NCBI GenBank assembly: GCA_016198545.1
Contig: JACQIJ010000180.1
Coordinates: 1-40,118 of the forward strand
Length of the DNA: 40,118 nucleotides
Direction: 5' to 3'
Origin: Pseudomonadota bacterium
GTDB lineage: Bacteria; Pseudomonadota; Alphaproteobacteria; Micavibrionales; Micavibrionaceae
The notes below the pieces were generated by a model. That model was not told where the DNA came from and ran no database searches. It saw nothing but the letters and a program-made list of their open reading frames with translations. A program made the translations under genes and the position numbers. Below, piece by piece: positions 15,945 through 22,003 of this stretch. Every line of letters begins with the position of its first letter. The stretch's first letter is position 1.

Positions 15945-17798
15945 TCACAAAATGTCATAACCGAACTTTTTGGCCCACGGCGCCAACACCGGCAGCGCCG
16001 GCTCCATGTATTTCCTGTAGCCGTGCCAGCGTCCGCGGGATGTCGTGTAAATTTTCTCCGTCACCTGGCTGTAGCTGGGCGTTTTCGTCTGGACGCGGGC
16101 CTTGGCGTTTTTATCGTGTTCCAGTACGGCGTCGGACCATTCGACGCCGATGAAATTCAATAGCGGCTCTATGGCGGATCGGAAATCGCCGACCACATCC
16201 TCATAACGAACGGCATGGACGTTCAGAGGCAGGACTTGCCGGTAATGTTCCCACAGCCCGAATACCTGATCGTAAAAGCGCGCGCTGTTTTCAATATCGG
16301 TTAACTGAACCATCGCCGGGTTTGGCGAAAAGGCCTGCATGAAGCAGCTTAAGACGGAATCGCAGGGATGGCGCAGCGCAAGAATGAATTTCGCGTCCGG
16401 GAACAGGCGGTAAATCAGGCCGACATCCATCAGGTGCAGCGGCATCTTGTCGATGATGAAAGGGCGCGACGCATCGCGCCCGTAAGACACGAGATCCTTT
16501 ATATAATTTTCACGCAGAGTTTCCAGATCGCCCGCGGAAAGGCGGGGCAGCCCGGGAAGATAATCGCTTGTCTCGTTTCCGATGGCGTGCATGACGTTTT
16601 TGAGCGCGGGGCATTCGTCGGCGACATCGATTTTCGCATGGCTCGACACTATCTGGCCCAGCAGCGTCGTCCCCGACCGGGGAAAGCCCACGAGAAAAAC
16701 GGGCTCCGGCTTTTGGTTGGTCGCACGCGGCGCCGGAGACCATGTTTTGATCCATTCCGGCGTAAAAACGGCGCGCCTTTTATCAATTCTTCCGGGCAGT
16801 CCGGCCCTGTCGTATTCCTTTACGATGCTGTTTTGCAGCCACAATTCGTTTGCGAGGTTGTAATTCGAAAAGGCCTCGTCAATATTCCCGATTTTATCGT
16901 ACATAGAGCCCAGTTCGTAGAAGAAATTGAAATTGCGGGGGGTCTTGCGCATGCCGGGGCGGTACTTTTCCATGATGGCCAGAGCGTCCTTCGCGCCGCC
17001 GCGCCGCCGCGCGATTTTTGCTTCCAGAAATATAAGATTGGGCGTTTCAGAAATGTATTTGCGGGCTTCCTCAATGGCTTTTTCCGCGTCCTCAAGCCGC
17101 GCCATAAATTCATAGAGGCCGATCAGCGCGTACCAGCCTTCTTGTCCCGCCGGAAAAATTTCAACGGCTTTTTTCATGAGCGGAACGGCTTCATGAGCCT
17201 TGCCGGTTTCACGCAAAAGAAGGCCTAAAAGAGTGATTGCGGGTGCATGGCCCGGGGCCATTTGCAATACGCGCTTCAGGACCACTTCAGCCTGCGCGTA
17301 ATTTTTTTGCGCGCCGAGTATGCGGCTTTTGTTATACAGCGCGTTCACCCACAGCGGGTTGAATGCCAATGCGCGATCGATGCACTTTTCAGCCTTGTCC
17401 AGACGTTCCGTATCCAGAAAAACGATGCCGAGATTGTTCAGCGCTTCCGGATCCTCCGGGCGCAGGCGGACGGCTTCGAGCAATAATTTTTCCGCTTTCT
17501 CGCTGTCGCCCTGCTCGTGCCGGAAGGCTCCCGCAGCGGACAGAACGGCGGCGTTCTGCGGTCCCAGTTTCAGGGCTTCGGCGTAATATTTGTCAGCTTC
17601 GGCCGGCCGGCCCGCCTGCCAGCAGGCCGTACCCAGGTCTTTCAATATATTGGCCGATTGCGGGTTGGCTTTTGCCGCTTTCTTGAGCTTCGCAATGCCC
17701 TCGTTGAATTTTCCGGATTGCAAAAATCTTACGGCTTCCCGGTGCAGGGATGCGGCGTCATTCTGTTCCTGGGGCAGGGGCCTTGACATGGTTGCCAT
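15945..17798 (-). CDS. TPR-repeat protein fused to a sulfotransferase domain
   Basis: The N-terminal ~330 aa are TPR repeats (A..Y..AL.L.P....A..NLG). The C-terminal domain has the PAPS-binding VGFPRSGTTLLGQIV motif and RHPCDSVLS. Confidence 0.85.
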   Translation of the reverse strand: MATMSRPLPQEQNDAASLHREAVRFLQSGKFNEGIAKLKKAAKANPQSANILKDLGTACWQAGRPAEADKYYAEALKLGPQNAAVLSAAGAFRHEQGDSEKAEKLLLEAVRLRPEDPEALNNLGIVFLDTERLDKAEKCIDRALAFNPLWVNALYNKSRILGAQKNYAQAEVVLKRVLQMAPGHAPAITLLGLLLRETGKAHEAVPLMKKAVEIFPAGQEGWYALIGLYEFMARLEDAEKAIEEARKYISETPNLIFLEAKIARRRGGAKDALAIMEKYRPGMRKTPRNFNFFYELGSMYDKIGNIDEAFSNYNLANELWLQNSIVKEYDRAGLPGRIDKRRAVFTPEWIKTWSPAPRATNQKPEPVFLVGFPRSGTTLLGQIVSSHAKIDVADECPALKNVMHAIGNETSDYLPGLPRLSAGDLETLRENYIKDLVSYGRDASRPFIIDKMPLHLMDVGLIYRLFPDAKFILALRHPCDSVLSCFMQAFSPNPAMVQLTDIENSARFYDQVFGLWEHYRQVLPLNVHAVRYEDVVGDFRSAIEPLLNFIGVEWSDAVLEHDKNAKARVQTKTPSYSQVTEKIYTTSRGRWHGYRKYMEPALPVLAPWAKKFGYDIL

Positions 17799-17854
17799 AT
17801 TTAGAGAGTTATGCCGGAGGTGTCCAGAGATAAATATTCTGCTAGCCTGCCGGG

Positions 17855-18517
17855 ATGAGAGAGGTTTCCGACAATATTGCCGCCATCCGCGTACAAATCG
17901 AAAAGGCCTGCGTGCCGCACGGCCGCGATGCGGCGGCGGTCAATATCATGGCCGTCAGCAAGATGCAGCCGGGAGAGCGCGTGCGCGCGGCGCTGGATGC
18001 CGGCCACAGGCTGTTCGGCGAAAACCGGGTGCAGGAGGCGCATGATCGATGGGCTCCGCTGAAAAAAGAATATCCGGATGTCAGATTGCACCTTATCGGC
18101 CCGCTGCAGACGAACAAGGTTCGCGATGCCGTTGCGTTGTTCGATTGCGTCCAGACGGTGGACAGGGAGAAAGTTGCGGACGCGCTGGCGGCGGAAATGA
18201 AAAGGCAGGGGCGCGGCATTCCGTGCTTCATCGAGGTAAATACGGGCGCGGAGCCGCAGAAAGCGGGCGTTTTGCCGGAAAATCTCCCCGCGCTTCTGGA
18301 TCATTGCCGTGCCGCCGGGCTCGATATACGGGGGCTTATGTGCATCCCGCCCGCGGACGATCCGCCCGCGCCGCATTTTGCACTGTTGAAAAAACTGGCG
18401 GCGCGGCACGGTCTACCGGAGATCAGCATGGGAATGAGTGGCGATTTCGTGAAGGCCGTTGCGCTAGGCGCGACGTGCGTGCGTATCGGCACGGCATTGT
18501 TTGGAACACGCATCTGA
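17855..18517 (+). CDS. yggS: YggS-family pyridoxal-phosphate homeostasis protein
   Basis: ..VNIMAVSKMQP..AGHRLFGENRVQEA..IGPLQTNKV...VQTVDR...FIEVNTG.E.QKAGV...LMCIPP...LSMGMSGDF..A...GAT.VRIGTALFG: canonical YggS/PROSC blocks. Confidence 0.9.
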   Translation: MREVSDNIAAIRVQIEKACVPHGRDAAAVNIMAVSKMQPGERVRAALDAGHRLFGENRVQEAHDRWAPLKKEYPDVRLHLIGPLQTNKVRDAVALFDCVQTVDREKVADALAAEMKRQGRGIPCFIEVNTGAEPQKAGVLPENLPALLDHCRAAGLDIRGLMCIPPADDPPAPHFALLKKLAARHGLPEISMGMSGDFVKAVALGATCVRIGTALFGTRI

Positions 18518-18525
18518 AATTTATT

Positions 18526-19212
18526 TTATTTGTAGACGGCGATGCCGCCCGCCATGCGCTCCGGATCGCCCGTCACGTATTGCCAGGCGCGGCCCTTTTT
18601 CGTCTGTCCCATGTCAGCGAAGGCAAGCGCCGTTCCCGGAAGGTCCTGTACGTCCGACAAGGCGGTTTCTATGGCGCGCGCGGGAGTTGCCGCCGCCGAC
18701 CGGAAAACGGGCTTTTCACCCGTTGCCATTAATGCCACGACATTGCCCGTGATGTCGCGGCCCGTTTCATACTCGATGATGACATTCGCTATCGCGCCCG
18801 CGCCGCCCGCCAGACCGCCGAAGAGGGACCCGCCGATTATTTTTGAGGCGGGTTTTATCTCATCGCCGGTTATATCGCGGTAAAGATGGTTGACGATCGG
18901 GACGTGCTGCAGGGGATTGACCATGTCGATAATGTCCCAGAAGCCAAATTCATCTTCCGCATCCGCTGCGGAGGCTTCGTCCGCCGCGTATGTCAGGGCT
19001 GAGGGAAAGCCGCCGTTTTCTTCCCGCGTACGGACCGCTTCGGACAGATTTTGCGCGATTTCGCTTTGCGCGGACGGTTGTTTTTCCCAGACGGGAATCG
19101 ATCCCGCCATGCGTTCCGGGTCGCCGGATGTCATGCGCAGCACGGCGCGTCCGCTATCCGGGCTCCGTCCCCCGGGCGGCTGAAATGAAGGCGTTTGCAG
19201 CGGGTCAATCAT
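18526..19212 (-). CDS. Conserved hypothetical protein with the motif GDPERMAG-I-V near both termini
   Basis: 228 aa. The N-terminal copy TSGDPERMAGSIPVW is at 19087-19131 and the C-terminal copy TGDPERMAGGIAVYK at 18529-18573. There is an acidic linker, a conserved-looking FGFWDIIDMVNPLQHVPIV block and the Gly-rich hydrophobic segment IIGGSLFGGLAGGAGAIANVII. Confidence 0.7.
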   Translation of the reverse strand: MIDPLQTPSFQPPGGRSPDSGRAVLRMTSGDPERMAGSIPVWEKQPSAQSEIAQNLSEAVRTREENGGFPSALTYAADEASAADAEDEFGFWDIIDMVNPLQHVPIVNHLYRDITGDEIKPASKIIGGSLFGGLAGGAGAIANVIIEYETGRDITGNVVALMATGEKPVFRSAAATPARAIETALSDVQDLPGTALAFADMGQTKKGRAWQYVTGDPERMAGGIAVYK

Positions 19213-19259
19213 GAAAATACGCTCCCGGACGGAATATGCTGCAAGAGACAGGCCATAAA

Positions 19260-19276
19260 AAAATCATTTAAAATCA
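19260..19276. promoter_or_regulatory. Direct repeat AAAATCA-N3-AAAATCA in the divergent promoter region
   Basis: Two exact heptamers with 10-bp phasing (19260-19266 and 19270-19276) lie in the AT-rich 153-bp spacer between 18526-19212(-) and 19366-19977(+). This is the geometry used by winged-helix OmpR-type regulators. The call is positional inference only. Confidence 0.25.
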
Positions 19277-19365
19277 ATGAATTGTTAAAATATTGGCAAC
19301 GTATTCACATTTTTTGCCGGGGCGGATTTGCCCGCTCCCGGGCCAGGCTGGTAATCTGTTTCGTC

Positions 19366-19977
19366 ATGGAAGGAAAAATCTCCGTCTGGCTGAAAGATCC
19401 TGTTTTGCGCGCGCCGCTGGCGCGGATTTTGCGCGCGCAGTTTCCGCATGCGGCCCTGGCCGTCCATGAAAGCCGCGACGGCGCGCAGGCGGATTTTCAA
19501 TCCCCGCCCGTTTCGTTCGCGGGCATAACGGATGACGGCTATATGAAAGGCCCAAGCAATATTTGTTTTGTCGGCGGGGAGGAGTTTCCACTTCCCTTGC
19601 GGCTGGGCGCCATTCTGGATTTTATTGCGCAGCGGATTCAAAAATCCGCTATCGTATCTCTGTCTCCGGGAGGAGAAAAAATAGCGATCGGCCCTTATGA
19701 GATGGATGTGCGGACAGGAATTATGATGCGGCCGGCAGAGAGGAAGAAGGTAAATTTGACCGAAAAGGAGCGCGATATCATCCTTTATCTTCACGGAAAA
19801 TCCGGTGCGATCGTGGACAGGCAGGAACTTCTGAAAGTCATATGGGGTTATGCCGAAAGCGTTGAAACCCACACCATAGAGACGCACATATACCGTTTGC
19901 GCCGCAAGATCGAGGACGATGCGGAAGATCCCCGCATCATAATTACGGAAGACGCAGGGTACAGGCTTAAGGCGTGA
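19366..19977 (+). CDS. OmpR/PhoB-type winged-helix transcriptional regulator with a degenerate receiver-like N-terminus
   Basis: The C-terminus ..LTEKERDIILYLHGKSGAIVDRQELLKVIWGYAESVETHTIETHIYRLRRKIEDDAEDPRIIITEDAGYRL is the Trans_reg_C signature. The N-terminal ~105 aa have receiver length but lack the usual DD pair, and no clear phospho-Asp, Thr/Ser or Lys contexts are seen. The ATG at 19366 was chosen over the upstream track start at 19195. Confidence 0.75.
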   Translation: MEGKISVWLKDPVLRAPLARILRAQFPHAALAVHESRDGAQADFQSPPVSFAGITDDGYMKGPSNICFVGGEEFPLPLRLGAILDFIAQRIQKSAIVSLSPGGEKIAIGPYEMDVRTGIMMRPAERKKVNLTEKERDIILYLHGKSGAIVDRQELLKVIWGYAESVETHTIETHIYRLRRKIEDDAEDPRIIITEDAGYRLKA

Positions 19978-20530
19978 AACCCCGTTTTGCGAGCGCCACT
20001 GCATCCATAATGCTTTTCAGAAAGCTTTCGCCCCGCGGAATATTCAGTTTCAATACGCCCTTTTCGGCAAGGAAAGCCAGGTCGTCGACCAGCGCATGCA
20101 TCGCGCGCACTTCCTCAAGGGACAGATTGACGCCCGCCGTCGGCGGTTCGCTTTGCACTGCGGCGGGCGGGGCATCGCTTCCGGCGCGGCGGGCCGCCGA
20201 CTTGTAGGTTTGCGCCGCATGGGCTGCCGGCGATAATGGCGCAGAGGTCGCCGGGCCGGACGAAACGGCAGCGTCTTCACCGCCGGATTCCGCGGGTTGC
20301 GTTGCCGGTATCACGGCTTCGCCCGCCAGATTTTCCAGGAAGGCCCGCAGAGCCGCAACCGATACGACCGTGCTGTCCTGCCACAAATCCGTTTCATCGG
20401 GTTTTTCCTCGTGCTCTTTATTCTTCCGGCCTTCCTCGCGTTCCTCATCGCGGCGGATTCCCAGGCGCGCATCCGTCGACTCAGCCTGGCGGGGCAGAGC
20501 GCGGAAAATGGCGTCGAGCTTTGAAAACAT
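19967..20530 (-). CDS. Hypothetical protein: charged N-terminal region, Pro/Ala-rich linker, helical C-terminus
   Basis: 187-aa ORF with ATG start. ..RRDEEREEGRKNKEHEEKPDETDLWQDSTVVSVAALRAFLENL.. is followed by a low-complexity P/A/S linker and ..LSLEEVRAMHALVDDLAFLAEKGV.. No family was recognised. The 3' end overlaps the regulator gene by 11 nt (convergent). Confidence 0.55.
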   Translation of the reverse strand: MFSKLDAIFRALPRQAESTDARLGIRRDEEREEGRKNKEHEEKPDETDLWQDSTVVSVAALRAFLENLAGEAVIPATQPAESGGEDAAVSSGPATSAPLSPAAHAAQTYKSAARRAGSDAPPAAVQSEPPTAGVNLSLEEVRAMHALVDDLAFLAEKGVLKLNIPRGESFLKSIMDAVALAKRGFTP

Positions 20531-20574
20531 GAAGCAATACTAGCACTCAGGATGAATGCGCGTCCACCGCCGGG

Positions 20575-21414
20575 TCAGTTTCTTATGTCTTCGTACAAAT
20601 TGAGAAGATCCCGGCTTGTATCGGAGACGAACCAGGACGCGCTGATTTCCCACGCCATTTTTTTGTGCTCGCGCTGCCATATGGTGAAGCTGCCGATTTC
20701 GGCGAGCATAAGCCACATTTCCTGATCATCGACCAGAACGGGCGCGCGCATATCGACATCGACAGGCCGCAGAAATATATCTATGACTGCTGCGAGATGG
20801 CTGTAATAAACAGCCTTGTAGCCCAGATCGTTTATAAATTTCTGGTACTCTTTCTCCGTAAGGTAAAGATTAACGAAGAAATCGTAATCTTTTGCGACGA
20901 CAGCCACCCAGAGCTTATCAAGTTCGAACGGTATGGCGCCGCTGTTGATGCCCGGTATGGTTATAACGACATGTTTCGTCCGTTTTTCGCCGGCGTCATT
21001 GTACAGGGCTCTGCCGCTGTAATCCCTGAAACGGATTTGCGCGGGCGCTTCGATATGGATCAGATCTTCATCCGGATGATATTTATGATACCCATTTTGC
21101 AGCCTGTACAGGTCATCGTTCAGGATTTGCTGTTTTTCAGCCGTGCGCGCGTTTTTGTAGCGATCCGTCTTTTTGACCCAGCGTTCAAATTCCGGTTCTA
21201 TATTGGAAAGGTAATGGAAAGCAAAGGCGACCTTTTCCGTCTCGGAAAAATTCTTGCGGTCCAGAAGCGCATGCGCGGGGTGTCCCAGCATGGCGACAGT
21301 CAGGAGCAAGGACGCCAGAGCCGGGTAAAAGGCGTTGCGCCGTAAAAAATTTGCCGCTGTCCGCGTAAAATTGCTAAAAATCACAAGAATGCCCTCGCGC
21401 CCCGTATTAACCAT
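20575..21414 (-). CDS. Secreted hypothetical protein (AT-richer gene)
   Basis: Signal-peptide-like FLRRNAFYPALASLLLTVAMLGHPAHA. The mature part has a balanced, Lys/Glu/Tyr-rich composition. Visibly lower G+C than its neighbours. No motif recognised. Confidence 0.6.
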   Translation of the reverse strand: MVNTGREGILVIFSNFTRTAANFLRRNAFYPALASLLLTVAMLGHPAHALLDRKNFSETEKVAFAFHYLSNIEPEFERWVKKTDRYKNARTAEKQQILNDDLYRLQNGYHKYHPDEDLIHIEAPAQIRFRDYSGRALYNDAGEKRTKHVVITIPGINSGAIPFELDKLWVAVVAKDYDFFVNLYLTEKEYQKFINDLGYKAVYYSHLAAVIDIFLRPVDVDMRAPVLVDDQEMWLMLAEIGSFTIWQREHKKMAWEISASWFVSDTSRDLLNLYEDIRN

Positions 21415-21463
21415 TATGCCTTATTATGAAGAGAAATTGAAAATAAAGGGTAAAAAGGCCGCA

Positions 21464-21985
21464 ATGATCGATAAAAACGATGGAAATCAGGAGGATAACG
21501 CTTTATGGCGGGATGCGGTAAGGGGCGCAAAACCCTTGCCCGGAAAAGAAAAACATGCGGACAGGCGGCCTCGGGGAAAGCCGTTGAAGCCGCGGGGCGC
21601 TTCCGCCGATCTTCCGGAACGGCGGTCTGCGGAGCCTGCAGCAAGGGATGTTTCCGCCGCGCCGCACGGCGTGGATCGCCGGACGGATGAAAAGTTGCGC
21701 CGCGGCATGATGCCGATCGATCGGCGCCTCGATCTGCACGGCATGACGCGCGATGAAGCCTATGCCGCGCTCAGAAGCGCGGTCACGGATTCATATGAGA
21801 CCGGGGCGCGTTGCATGCTGGTTATAACGGGCAAGGGCCGCGACGGCGGCGGGATTTTAAAATCGTGCCTGCCTGAATGGTTGTGCGACGGCAGCATGGG
21901 CGGTATCGTTCTCCGCGTCTATCCGGCGCAAGCGCTGCATGGCGGGTCGGGCGCCTTTTATGTCCTTGTGAAAAGAAAACGTTAA
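21464..21985 (+). CDS. Smr-domain protein
   Basis: ..LDLHGMTRDEAYAALRSAV......GARCMLVITGKG.....GILKSCLPEWL......VLRVYPAQALHGGSGAFYVLV is the Smr domain. The ATG at 21464 is preferred (the N-terminus ..ALWRDAV..AKPL is typical); the track start 21335 and the ATG at 21416 are alternatives. Confidence 0.8.
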   Translation: MIDKNDGNQEDNALWRDAVRGAKPLPGKEKHADRRPRGKPLKPRGASADLPERRSAEPAARDVSAAPHGVDRRTDEKLRRGMMPIDRRLDLHGMTRDEAYAALRSAVTDSYETGARCMLVITGKGRDGGGILKSCLPEWLCDGSMGGIVLRVYPAQALHGGSGAFYVLVKRKR

Positions 21986-22003
21986 ACGGAAAGATTTAAA
22001 GTC

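Noticed and set aside
19261-19320. Possible CtrA box or sigma-54 promoter in the AT-rich divergent region
   Set aside because: The TTAA motifs are separated by 13 nt, not the 7 nt of the CtrA consensus. The GG and GC of the TGGCA../..TTGC elements are 21 nt apart instead of 12. Neither fits.
19966-19976. parS-like half site (cgtgaaacc), and a general by-eye search for parS near parB
   Set aside because: Only one half of the TGTTTCACGTGAAACA palindrome is present. No full parS was found in the window by eye.
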